Source: Acholeplasma sp. (lineage in GTDB: Bacteria > Bacillota_I > Bacilli_A > Acholeplasmatales > UBA5453). From it: a stretch of 64,000 nt of DNA. A model generated the notes under the pieces. The model searched no databases and was not told the origin of the DNA. It saw only the letters and a list, made by a program, of their open reading frames with translations. The DNA is taken from the NCBI GenBank assembly GCA_036677365.1, contig JAVBWN010000016.1, forward strand, positions 1 to 64,000, given 5' to 3'. The first letter of the stretch is position 1. Each line of letters begins with the position of its first letter. This document shows, piece by piece, positions 47,772 through 57,277 of the stretch. A program made the position numbers and the translations under genes.

Positions 47772-49079
47772 ATGGGAAAATATTTCGGTACGGATGGCAT
47801 CCGTGGGGTTGCTTTTGAAAAACTCACCGCTGAACTCGCTTTTAAAGTGGGCTTAGCCATTGGGAAAGTAATTCACCCAAAACAAATCGTCATTGGTACA
47901 GATACCAGACAATCGAATAACATGCTTGCTTACTCACTCGCCTCCGGCGCGATGAGTCAAGGCGTCGATGTGTTATTCGCTGGCGTCGTATCTACCCCAA
48001 TGATTGCGTATTATAGTGAAATCCATCAAATCATTGGTGTCATGATCACCGCTTCTCACAACCCTTATTATGATAATGGGATTAAAATCTTCGATCAAGG
48101 GTTTAAAACGGTCGATGAACTCGAATTAAAACTTGAAAACATCATCGACAACGGCCCATTTGACGTAGTAGAAAAATGGGGTAATTTAAACATCACGGAA
48201 GCTGTAGAAAAATTATATATTGAGTTTTATGACAAACTCGGATTGAAACCAAGTAACTTATCGATTGTATATGACAGTGCGCACGGTGCGAACTATCAAA
48301 TCGCTAAAAAACTCTTTGATCAATATCACAAAAATGCCTTTCAAATCAATAACCAACCCGACGGATTAAACATCAATGTGGGTTGTGGCTCTACGCACAT
48401 GGAAATGATTTCTGAGGTTGTTCAATCCAGAAAAGCAGACATTGGGTTTGCTTTTGATGGTGACGCTGACAGATGTTTGGTGGTGAATAAAAAAGGTGAA
48501 GTGGTCGATGGCGACCAAATGATCTACCTTTTTGCAACCCACCTAAAATCCAAAGGTGAACTGCCTAAAAATCATGTGGTACTCACCAAGATGAGTAACC
48601 CAGGGATGTTAAAGAAACTCAAAGACAATGGCATCTCTTATTCACTCACCGATGTAGGCGATAAATACGTCTTTAAAGAAATGAATGATCACGGTTACGG
48701 TCTTGGCGGTGAAGCTTCAGGACACATTATCTTGAATCATATTATGCACAGCGGCGATGGTTTATTATCCGCTTTATACCTCTTAAAAATCATTCAAGAA
48801 AGTGGTAAATCATTGGAAGAACTCTTAGGCGACATCGCTTTATACCCACTCAAGATGATCAATATTAAAAACGTGGATAAAGCCGTTCTAAAGCGAGATT
48901 CAGTCATCGCTTTATTGGAAGATGTCAAGAAAGTTTTAAAAGATGACTACTTATTATTGGTTAGACCGAGTGGCACAGAACCACTCATCCGTGTGACAAT
49001 GAGTTACCAGGATGAAGTGGTATTAGATAGAGAAATCAACCGTATCGTAGACTTAATTAAGAAAGAAGGTAGTGTGTGA
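47772..49079 (+). CDS. glmM: Phosphoglucosamine mutase
   Basis: FGTDGIRG, ITASHNP, DGDADR, GGEASGH, RPSGTEP. Confidence 0.96.
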   Translation: MGKYFGTDGIRGVAFEKLTAELAFKVGLAIGKVIHPKQIVIGTDTRQSNNMLAYSLASGAMSQGVDVLFAGVVSTPMIAYYSEIHQIIGVMITASHNPYYDNGIKIFDQGFKTVDELELKLENIIDNGPFDVVEKWGNLNITEAVEKLYIEFYDKLGLKPSNLSIVYDSAHGANYQIAKKLFDQYHKNAFQINNQPDGLNINVGCGSTHMEMISEVVQSRKADIGFAFDGDADRCLVVNKKGEVVDGDQMIYLFATHLKSKGELPKNHVVLTKMSNPGMLKKLKDNGISYSLTDVGDKYVFKEMNDHGYGLGGEASGHIILNHIMHSGDGLLSALYLLKIIQESGKSLEELLGDIALYPLKMINIKNVDKAVLKRDSVIALLEDVKKVLKDDYLLLVRPSGTEPLIRVTMSYQDEVVLDREINRIVDLIKKEGSV

Positions 49080-50461
49080 TGAAAAAGTACGCTTTAATCT
49101 TAGCTGCGGGTAAAGGTACCCGTATGAGAACCGAGTTACCTAAATGTGCTTTCCCAATTTTAGGTAAACCGATGATTGAATACATTGTCGAAAATATCGA
49201 AAAAACAGACATCGATGAAATTGTCGCGATTGTGGGTCATAAAAAAGAAGTCATCATGGACTTACTGAAAGACCGTGCCAAATACGCAGTTCAAGAACAA
49301 CAACTCGGTACTGGACACGCAGCACTATCTGCAGCACCACTACTTGAAGGTAAAGAAGGTACGACCTTCATTCTCCCTGGGGATATGCCACTCATGGAAT
49401 ACCCACTCATGGATAAGCTTATGAGAGCCCATGAAGAAATGGGTAACGACCTGACTGTCGTTACCATGGTTGTGGATTACCCTAAAGGTTATGGTCGTAT
49501 CGTTAGAGATGAATACGGTACAGTCAAAGGGATTGTTGAAGAAAATGACTGCACTGAATCCGAAAAACAAATCAAAGAAGTCAACTCCTCTGTTTACATC
49601 GTGGATAACAAAGCGTTGTTTGAAACCTTAAAACAAATCAAAAAGAATGACCGTAAAGGTGAATACTATTTAACCGATATTGTTAGCTTGATGCATCAAC
49701 ATTATAAAGTGAATACATTCGTTGTTAGAAATTCCATGGTTACTATGGGAATCAATGACTTATACGCGATATCCATCGCTGAAAAGTATTTAAGAGATTC
49801 CATCAATAAAGGCCATATGTTGTCTGGTGTTTCCATGGTGAACCCTGAAACGATTACCATTGGCCATAACGTTGTTATTGAAGAAGGTGTATGGATTTAT
49901 CCAAACACATCCATCACGGGCAATTCAGTCATTAAAAAAGGTGCCATTATCGGACCGAATACAGAAGTTAAAGATTCCTTCATTGATGAAGGGGCTGAAA
50001 TTAGACACAGCTTAGTCATTGAAAGTAAAGTCGGTAAGAAAACAACAGTAGGACCATTCGCTCACTTAAGAGGTCACGCGAATATCGGGGATCACAACCG
50101 TATTGGTAACTTCGTTGAAGTGAAGAACTCAACCACAGGTGATGATACCAAAGCAGCACACTTAGCCTATATTGGTGACGCAGAAGTTGGCGAACGCGTA
50201 AACTTTGGTTGTGGATCTGTTACAGTCAACTATGATGGTGTCAAGAAACATAAAACTATCATCGGTAATGACGTCTTCATCGGATGTAACGTCAATATGG
50301 TCGCACCGATATCAATCAGTGACAATGTCTTTATCGCAGCTGGTTCTACAGTAACTAAAGACATTCCAAAAGGTTCATTGGCGATTGCGAGAAATCAGCA
50401 AATCAATAAAGAAGATTACTATAAATACTTAATTAAGCCTAAAGCAAGTGAAAAAGAATAG
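49076..50461 (+). CDS. glmU: Bifunctional GlcNAc-1-P uridyltransferase/acetyltransferase
   Basis: LAAGKGTRM, QLGTGHA, hexapeptide repeats, NYDGVKK. Confidence 0.98.
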   Translation: MMKKYALILAAGKGTRMRTELPKCAFPILGKPMIEYIVENIEKTDIDEIVAIVGHKKEVIMDLLKDRAKYAVQEQQLGTGHAALSAAPLLEGKEGTTFILPGDMPLMEYPLMDKLMRAHEEMGNDLTVVTMVVDYPKGYGRIVRDEYGTVKGIVEENDCTESEKQIKEVNSSVYIVDNKALFETLKQIKKNDRKGEYYLTDIVSLMHQHYKVNTFVVRNSMVTMGINDLYAISIAEKYLRDSINKGHMLSGVSMVNPETITIGHNVVIEEGVWIYPNTSITGNSVIKKGAIIGPNTEVKDSFIDEGAEIRHSLVIESKVGKKTTVGPFAHLRGHANIGDHNRIGNFVEVKNSTTGDDTKAAHLAYIGDAEVGERVNFGCGSVTVNYDGVKKHKTIIGNDVFIGCNVNMVAPISISDNVFIAAGSTVTKDIPKGSLAIARNQQINKEDYYKYLIKPKASEKE

Positions 50462-50473
50462 ATAAAAACACAT

Positions 50474-50508
50474 AAAAAGCGATATTTTTGAAAAATATTG
50501 CTTTTTTT
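50474..50508 (+). terminator. Intrinsic terminator after glmU
   Basis: gcgatattttt-g-aaaaatattgc hairpin plus T-run. Confidence 0.7.
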
Positions 50509-50569
50509 ATCGAAAAAACGGACAAAAACACGCAAAAAAACGTTTTATCAAGTGATAGAGGGTGGTAAA

Positions 50570-51841
50570 ATGAATTTTAATGAAGAAAATCAAAATGATT
50601 CAGTAATGGGTAGATTTACTATTGAAGATTTTTTTAGTTTACTAGAAAAATCAAAATTCAATGAGAAGATATTATCAACACGAGAATATTTGCTAAATCA
50701 GATGTATGATAATGGAATAAAGAAGAGTATAAGAAATTTCTATATTGATCCTATTAGAGATAATGTTGTTTTTTATCGTGGAATGGATAATGAAGCTCAT
50801 CCCGTTAGTCCCAGTATCACACGACTTATAAATCCTTTAGATGCAAAGATAGAGAGTCATTATTTGGGAACATTATTGAGATATCCTTTTTTAAATGAAG
50901 ATTCAAATAGTGGCATATCTATAAAAATGATGGCTAGAATGCAACACTATAATTACAAATCACGATTAGTAGATATTACAGTGAACCCATTTGTTGCGAT
51001 ATATATGGCTTGTTATAACTCTTTCACAATAAACGGCAAATTGATTAAATTTGCTTATATTAATAACACTAAAAACGAAGGAAACGTTAATCAGTTGAAA
51101 TCATTGCATTTTACTACTAGCATAAATGACTCGGTTAAAGATAATTTGCGTCTACTTGATTCCATTATAAGTAGTACACCCTTTAAACAAAAAGTGAAAA
51201 ATTACACTAATCAACCAGTTGGTATTATTGACTTACAATTGTTTAAGACTAATTCTGCATCATATGATCTGAGATATGATGCTCAAGAAGGTGCTTTTAT
51301 CATGTTCATGAATGATTATCTTTCACCAGTTTCACCATTACAAACAAAATCCATGAGTAGACTTATTTATGAATATATAGATGCAAGTGACAAATACAGT
51401 TTACTGTATTTATTAGCAAAAAATCGGATTACTTACGTAACCATATACCCAGATAAAGAACTATCACATGAAATTATCAAAATATATAACAAAGCCACAA
51501 TAACGACAGGAATAAGTTCTCTAAATAATGATATCAGTCAATTAAAAAATGAGTTCATTGAATTGGCACACATTAATAAATACGATTTACTACACATTAA
51601 ATCACTTTGTAAAAAATATTATAATGACCAGTCATTAATAGAATTTTTACTGACAGATTACATCAAACTGATCAATATGAAAAAGAAACTCAAAAGTGAT
51701 CGTATAAATTTACTAAAAACAAAACCTTTAAACGTTCAGTCCATGAATAAAATCAATTATGAGATTAATATACACAATGATGGGGTAAACAAACTAGCGA
51801 GTATTTCAAATGATTTAAAATTTAAGGTGCAATTAATATGA
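50570..51841 (+). CDS. FRG domain-containing protein
   Basis: FYRGM...PSITR, MQHY...SRLVDIT.NPFVAIYMAC and RYDAQEGAF match the FRG motifs; ATG 50570. Confidence 0.85.
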   Translation: MNFNEENQNDSVMGRFTIEDFFSLLEKSKFNEKILSTREYLLNQMYDNGIKKSIRNFYIDPIRDNVVFYRGMDNEAHPVSPSITRLINPLDAKIESHYLGTLLRYPFLNEDSNSGISIKMMARMQHYNYKSRLVDITVNPFVAIYMACYNSFTINGKLIKFAYINNTKNEGNVNQLKSLHFTTSINDSVKDNLRLLDSIISSTPFKQKVKNYTNQPVGIIDLQLFKTNSASYDLRYDAQEGAFIMFMNDYLSPVSPLQTKSMSRLIYEYIDASDKYSLLYLLAKNRITYVTIYPDKELSHEIIKIYNKATITTGISSLNNDISQLKNEFIELAHINKYDLLHIKSLCKKYYNDQSLIEFLLTDYIKLINMKKKLKSDRINLLKTKPLNVQSMNKINYEINIHNDGVNKLASISNDLKFKVQLI

Positions 51842-51898
51842 TGATAATAAAAAATCCAAATGATTATACGAATAAATTTTATATAATGAGGTTTTAAG

Positions 51899-53632
51899 AT
51901 GGAAAACTCAGTTGTATTAGAAAATCAATCCTCTGCAATATTTAGTATCTATAAACTGGATATTGATGCACTTGTTAATGATGAGGACAACAACTTAATT
52001 TTTGAAGACAAAATAACCCCATTAGAAAAAGTAAATGCTTTTGTTGCCATTAGGTTGGCAAACCTAGACAGTAATTATATCTATAGTAATAATAATCATT
52101 TTCACACTTATTTATTCAATGCAGGGAATGTTGCTAAATGGAAAGAGTTTATTGAAGCATTTTTTTTGCATGAAAATGTTTCCGAAGATGTTTTTAAAAC
52201 AAAATTCCCATCGTATATTATTTTAAAAGAAATTGATAATAGTATTTATTTTATGACCGCGGGGTTAGCCAACTCTATTTTTAGCAATTATAAAGAAAAG
52301 ACATTTGGTTTGGATCTTGTACCTAAATTGATTGAAGAAGATGATTCAATCATCAAACATATAGCAGATCATAGAGTTTATGGGAATAGAAACAATGTAA
52401 ACTATGTAAATAGAATAGAATCTGCGTTTAATAACGAGATAAGTTATGAAGCAATATATAAAGAAATGGGTATAACTGCCAAAAAAGATATACAAAGAAA
52501 AATTGGTTTATATGTTAGCGAAGATAGCAATGATACCCCGATATCTTTTGGTGCAGGTGTTCATATTGGTAAGAGAATATCAGCCAACGAACTTAATAAT
52601 ATTATTAACACAATAAATATTTTGTACAGAGATGATACTAAAATCAACTTTGCACTAGGGTACATAGTTGATGCGAATCGTAAGGGCATGAAGCAAAGTG
52701 CGATTACTGAAAACTATTTTGAAGCAATCGATAATGGAACAGGTGAGATAGAATTAAGCTATAATTATGAATTAAGCTATAATATAAAAGACTATATACT
52801 CGTAAACTCTAAAAATGCAGAATTGGTTGATGTTATGCAAAAATCAGGTGTAAACACGTTAACAAGTATTGATGATATTATTAAAATAATTCGATATGAA
52901 CAATCTAGGGGTAAAAAATCTAGAAATTTCATGAAGAATTATGCTTTATCATTCAATTACCAAAAGATTAAGTTTTTTGATTTGCTTGAAGTATCTCACC
53001 AGTTTAATGAAACCCAAGTATATCTTATTGATGGAATATGGTATGTTTTTGATACTACATACTTAGAATATCTAAATAGGAAATATAACGCTCTAATAGA
53101 GGAATCAAAATCACATTATAATGGAAAACTATTAACCATTGATGTAAAATTCCTAGATAAAAAATTTATAAATGAAAATGAACTTAAAAAATCTATAGAA
53201 AATAGCACGATACTCATTGATTCAGATGAAAAATATTATAAAGGTATAGAAATTGCAGACGCAATATACTGTCAAGAAAACACCATCTACTTATTTCATA
53301 ATAAATCATCCTTTGATGCTAAAGGTTGTAGAGACTTACTTGGACAAATAGATACTTCAAGCAACATTTTATTACACATGATGAGTAATTACTTAGAAAA
53401 TTTTGATGACACCAATCGATATGTTAACGATTTGAAAAAAAACAACACAACAAAAACTATTCATGTTGATGAATTTGATTCGTTATTAAAAAGTAGTTTG
53501 ACAAAAATTGTTTATGTTGCATATTTCACGAGTATTATTCAGGAAAACAAAAAGTCAAACTATGTTAAATATCTAATAGAAACTACTCATTACAAATTGA
53601 AAGATAGAAAACATGGATTTATAGTAATTTAG
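51899..53632 (+). CDS. TIGR04141/DUF6119-like sporadically distributed protein (possible C-terminal PD-(D/E)xK nuclease)
   Basis: FGLDL, YLIDGIWY, NE..., IEIADAI...LFHNK motifs; size about 570 aa. Confidence 0.6.
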   Translation: MENSVVLENQSSAIFSIYKLDIDALVNDEDNNLIFEDKITPLEKVNAFVAIRLANLDSNYIYSNNNHFHTYLFNAGNVAKWKEFIEAFFLHENVSEDVFKTKFPSYIILKEIDNSIYFMTAGLANSIFSNYKEKTFGLDLVPKLIEEDDSIIKHIADHRVYGNRNNVNYVNRIESAFNNEISYEAIYKEMGITAKKDIQRKIGLYVSEDSNDTPISFGAGVHIGKRISANELNNIINTINILYRDDTKINFALGYIVDANRKGMKQSAITENYFEAIDNGTGEIELSYNYELSYNIKDYILVNSKNAELVDVMQKSGVNTLTSIDDIIKIIRYEQSRGKKSRNFMKNYALSFNYQKIKFFDLLEVSHQFNETQVYLIDGIWYVFDTTYLEYLNRKYNALIEESKSHYNGKLLTIDVKFLDKKFINENELKKSIENSTILIDSDEKYYKGIEIADAIYCQENTIYLFHNKSSFDAKGCRDLLGQIDTSSNILLHMMSNYLENFDDTNRYVNDLKKNNTTKTIHVDEFDSLLKSSLTKIVYVAYFTSIIQENKKSNYVKYLIETTHYKLKDRKHGFIVI

Positions 53633-53889
53633 AGCATGAATAATGAATTCATAACTGATATGTTGATAAGGTAGATACGATTAGTGAAACGCATTACGGT
53701 AATAGTCAATTCAATTAGATTCTAAAAAGAGATATGAATTCTTATAGTATTTATTGAACGTCGAATATTATCGATACAACTGGCCCAAATATATTAGGTA
53801 TTAAGAAAAAAGAAAATAAGTATACAGCTTAATATCATAACAGATTAAGGTCACATTTATTAAAAATACGATATAGTAAGGAGAAGAAA

Positions 53890-54297
53890 ATGTTAGATAA
53901 AAATACAGCAGAAAAATTATGGAAAGACGTTTTTGGTAATGTTGAATGGGCTACTGATTGTTTCGGTACAACAATGCATCGAGATGCTTGGAGCAACGAA
54001 CCGGTTATGCTATTAAAACCAGGAAACAATAGAAAGTATGATTATAGTTGGAACATAGATCATATTAGACCAAAATCTGATTTTCCAAAAGAGTCAGATG
54101 CAGACTTTTTCAATAATTTTGAACCTATGCATAGATTAAATAATGGTGCAAAAAGTGATAACTATCCTCACTTTGAGATTGATGGAAAAAAGTACAAAGT
54201 GTTCAAGCAAGAACAATATTATGGCTATGGAATTATCAGTGTTGCTGAAAACAAAAAAGTTGATTGGAAAAGCGTTCAAAATAGACATTATAAATAA
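53890..54297 (+). CDS. HNH endonuclease-like protein
   Basis: WNIDHIRPKS...NNFEPMHRLNNGAKSD. Confidence 0.8.
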   Translation: MLDKNTAEKLWKDVFGNVEWATDCFGTTMHRDAWSNEPVMLLKPGNNRKYDYSWNIDHIRPKSDFPKESDADFFNNFEPMHRLNNGAKSDNYPHFEIDGKKYKVFKQEQYYGYGIISVAENKKVDWKSVQNRHYK

Positions 54298-54337
54298 CAG
54301 ATAAAACAACAATGTGACTAATTTCTGTATAATTACT

Positions 54338-54367
54338 AAAGGTGTACTTTTTTTGAAGTACACTTTT
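54338..54367 (+). terminator. Terminator after the HNH gene
   Basis: gtgtactt...aagtacac hairpin with A and T flanks. Confidence 0.65.
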
Positions 54368-54391
54368 ATTACATACTACACTTCTCACTAA

Positions 54392-54443
54392 TGGTAAAAA
54401 AATTTACCAATAATCTTGTTATTGCTGAAATACATGGTAAAAT
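54392..54443 (+). promoter_or_regulatory. Putative XRE operator and extended -10
   Basis: TGGTAAA-N4-TTTACCA at 54392-54409; the TGGTAAA half-site recurs over TGgTAAAAT at 54435-54443. Confidence 0.5.
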
Positions 54444-54472
54444 ATAAGTGTATTAAATAGGAGAGATGAAAA

Positions 54473-55597
54473 ATGAACATTTCACTTGTGATTGGAAAAA
54501 ACATTCAAAAGCTCATGGAAAAAGAGAAGGTCTCGCTAAGACAGTTGAGTGAATCAATTGGCATTACTCATCCAACTTTAAGCCACTATGTTGAAGGTAA
54601 ACAAGCGATAGATAGCGAAAAACTGATGTTAATCGCGAAGTTTTTTAAGAAACCGTTTGACTATTTTTTTAAAGAAGATAACAAACAAATCACTTTTATG
54701 TTTAGAGCGGATAAAGCTAATAAGGATATACAAAATATTGATATAGAACATTTGTCAAATACCATATATTCCTATTTAGATGTAATCGGCGATGTTGGAT
54801 ACCAGTATATTCCCCAAAAATATCAACTTAACTTAAAAGAAGACAAAAAGAGTTTATTCAATTTGATTGCGAAAATAGCCTATGAACAAAGAAAGTTTGC
54901 GAATATTGAAAACGTCATTCCAGATAACTACTTTGATGTCATACAAAGTATAGGCATCAATGTGATTGTCAAAGACTTTAAAAATGATGCTTATTTCGGT
55001 GCGTCATCTTATTCGTCCGATTTAGGCAGCTACATCATGATTAATAACTCCGATAAGGTATCAGAAGAAAGAAAGATATTCTCTTTAATTCATGAGTATG
55101 CACACTTATTATTCCATTCGGACCAATACTCTGATAGCCAGTTTAACGCGTTTTATTTAAACAGTAAAACCGATATTAACGAACAAATCGCCAATAAGTT
55201 TGCTGGACATTTTTTGATGCCAAGACATTTAGTAGAATCATATATGACTTCTAGAAATAACGTGGATGCAATCGAAATGAAAAAGTATTTTAAAGTGAGT
55301 ATTCAAACCGTGTATGTCATGTTACATGAATATGGGTTTATTTCTAAAGAAGTCTATAATGATTTTTGGAGAAGAATTAACCTTAATGGCTTTAAACAAG
55401 AAGAACCGTTCCCACTCGATAAGATTGATATTCAAGAAAAGAATGTCAAATTAGTCAACAGAATCAAAGATTTGTATTTTAATGAAGCAATCAGCGCGAA
55501 TAAAATTTCTGAGGTACTCGGTATGGATACCTTAGAAACTAGAAAACTGTTGAAAGAGTGGAGAGATATGGATGAACGATATTTATCACTCAAGTAA
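54473..55597 (+). CDS. XRE HTH plus ImmA/IrrE (M78) metallopeptidase fusion
   Basis: N-terminal HTH VSLRQLSESIGITHPTLSHYVEG; RKIFSLIHEYAH (HExxH); EQIANKFAGHFLMP. Confidence 0.92.
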   Translation: MNISLVIGKNIQKLMEKEKVSLRQLSESIGITHPTLSHYVEGKQAIDSEKLMLIAKFFKKPFDYFFKEDNKQITFMFRADKANKDIQNIDIEHLSNTIYSYLDVIGDVGYQYIPQKYQLNLKEDKKSLFNLIAKIAYEQRKFANIENVIPDNYFDVIQSIGINVIVKDFKNDAYFGASSYSSDLGSYIMINNSDKVSEERKIFSLIHEYAHLLFHSDQYSDSQFNAFYLNSKTDINEQIANKFAGHFLMPRHLVESYMTSRNNVDAIEMKKYFKVSIQTVYVMLHEYGFISKEVYNDFWRRINLNGFKQEEPFPLDKIDIQEKNVKLVNRIKDLYFNEAISANKISEVLGMDTLETRKLLKEWRDMDERYLSLK

Positions 55598-56096
55598 CAT
55601 TAGTGTGGTTGTAGATAATAACATTTTAGTGGATTTATATGAACTGAATTGCATTCACCTATTATTCTTAATCTTTGATATAGTCATTATCCCTAAGATT
55701 ATTTATGAAGATGAAATCACATCGGAGATTAAAGATATTCTAAAGACATATCCTATTGAAATAGGAGCTATTACGACAGAAATTGGGTTAGATGCATACG
55801 CTATACTTGTCTCGAATGAATCATTCAAAAGATTGTCAAGATACGATCGTTTTGCAATAGCGATCTCCAAAGAGAACCATTACTTTTGTAATAGTAATGA
55901 CAAACTGGTTCGAAAAGCATGTGAGTATCTGGATGTAAAATATACAGGCATTCTAGGTATACTGGGAAGAGCTTATAAGAAAAATTGTATCTCAATAATT
56001 CAATTAAAATCGTATTTAGATGATTTAATATCGGATAGAACCTCTTGCTATATTGATAAAAAGATTGTAGATCAGTTTAAAATCGAAATGGAATAA
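55572..56096 (+). CDS. PIN-domain protein (DUF3368/DUF4411-like)
   Basis: VVDNNILVDL, IPKIIYEDE, LSRYDRFAIA, SNDKLVRK acidic tetrad; overlaps the peptidase gene. Confidence 0.75.
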   Translation: MNDIYHSSNISVVVDNNILVDLYELNCIHLLFLIFDIVIIPKIIYEDEITSEIKDILKTYPIEIGAITTEIGLDAYAILVSNESFKRLSRYDRFAIAISKENHYFCNSNDKLVRKACEYLDVKYTGILGILGRAYKKNCISIIQLKSYLDDLISDRTSCYIDKKIVDQFKIEME

Positions 56097-56122
56097 TCAC
56101 AATTTAATTTCGATGCAAACCT

Positions 56123-56158
56123 AAAAAACAGGACCCATTTTGATGTGTTCTGTTTTTT
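56123..56158 (+). terminator. Terminator after the PIN gene
   Basis: aaaaaacaggac...gttctgtttttt hairpin. Confidence 0.6.
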
Positions 56159-56166
56159 CCTTTTAT

Positions 56167-56260
56167 ATGAATACATAATACTGAAACACGATTCAGTGAA
56201 TCATGATTCAGTAAAACACAATGACATTAAAGTAATTAATCATCGTCTAACTGTATTCAT
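56167..56260. repeat. 15-bp tandem dyad repeats flanked by a 9-bp inverted repeat upstream of the recombinases
   Basis: TGAAACACGATTCAG (56182), TGAATCATGATTCAG (56197), degenerate TAAAACACAATGACA (56212); ATGAATACA (56167) / TGTATTCAT (56252). Confidence 0.65.
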
Positions 56261-56293
56261 TATAGAAGAACATTTAAGATAGGAAATATAACC

Positions 56294-57277
56294 ATGAACG
56301 AACACCCTTTAGAACTGTTAATCCAACAATACCTCGTTGAAAAAGACATCACTCAAGGCACCTATGATCTTTTCAAAATCATTCTCGACCAATATGTTAC
56401 CTATTTGAGAGAATATAACATAGACTTTCCGAATACATCGGATGTCATCGCGTTTCTAGAATGGAAGAAAAGTGAGGGTTGTTCAATCCGCTGGACCAAC
56501 CATCAAATTGGGACCTTAAAAAACTTTTACAGGTATTTATGTTTGAATCAACAGCGCTTAGGTTTACCTGAAGCGTATGCCTATGATATCATGCAACCAA
56601 TCCAGCGGGAGACTTTAGACCATAATGAATTTAAACCCACCTTATCTACTGAACAAGCCAAACAGCTGTTATTGTATTGTAAGGAACGTAGAGATACTCG
56701 CTCACAATACCGTGATTACGCCATCGTTTATCTAATGCTCACCACCGGTGTGAGAAGCGTTGAGGTCAGACGGGCGAAACGAAAAGATTTAAAACGGATC
56801 CAACAACAATTGGTCTTATACATCCAAGGAAAAGGCAGAACTGCACCCGATGCGTATGTAAAAATTCCAAAGGGTTTAGAAGTGGCCATAAACGACTATT
56901 TATCCTTAAGGAAAGACATCAATCCTTTTCTATTTATTGGTCATTCTAGACATCAAACCACGCCTTACTTATCGCGCTCTTTCGTGATTAAAATGTTTAA
57001 ACAGTTGATGAAAGATGCCGGATTAGAAGAAACCCAAGTGACTGCCCATAGCTTACGACATACCGCTGCGACCATCAATCTATTACGTGGTGGGTCATTA
57101 GAATCGACTAGACAACTTTTAAGACACGAAAATGTAACAACAACCATGATATATGCCCACCACGTCGGTCCAATGACAGGAGAACCAGAAAACGAAATCG
57201 AACGTCTGATTTTAAAGGATGATGAAACCAATAAGGAGGTATCGGATGCATCGACACCCATTAGAAGCCTTAAGTGA
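56294..57277 (+). CDS. Tyrosine recombinase/integrase (complete catalytic set)
   Basis: TGVRSVE (R), QGKG (K), HSLRH (HxxR), LRH, TTMIY (Y). Confidence 0.93.
   Translation: MNEHPLELLIQQYLVEKDITQGTYDLFKIILDQYVTYLREYNIDFPNTSDVIAFLEWKKSEGCSIRWTNHQIGTLKNFYRYLCLNQQRLGLPEAYAYDIMQPIQRETLDHNEFKPTLSTEQAKQLLLYCKERRDTRSQYRDYAIVYLMLTTGVRSVEVRRAKRKDLKRIQQQLVLYIQGKGRTAPDAYVKIPKGLEVAINDYLSLRKDINPFLFIGHSRHQTTPYLSRSFVIKMFKQLMKDAGLEETQVTAHSLRHTAATINLLRGGSLESTRQLLRHENVTTTMIYAHHVGPMTGEPENEIERLILKDDETNKEVSDASTPIRSLK

Noticed and set aside
52751..52783. 15-bp direct repeat at 18-bp period (ELSYNY-ELSYNI)
   Set aside because: Small in-frame slippage duplication with no evidence of function.
50510..56290. Classical integron with attC sites
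   Set aside because: No repeated GTTRRRY-bounded hairpins between cargo genes; the recombinases are co-oriented and show no recognisable IntI insertion.
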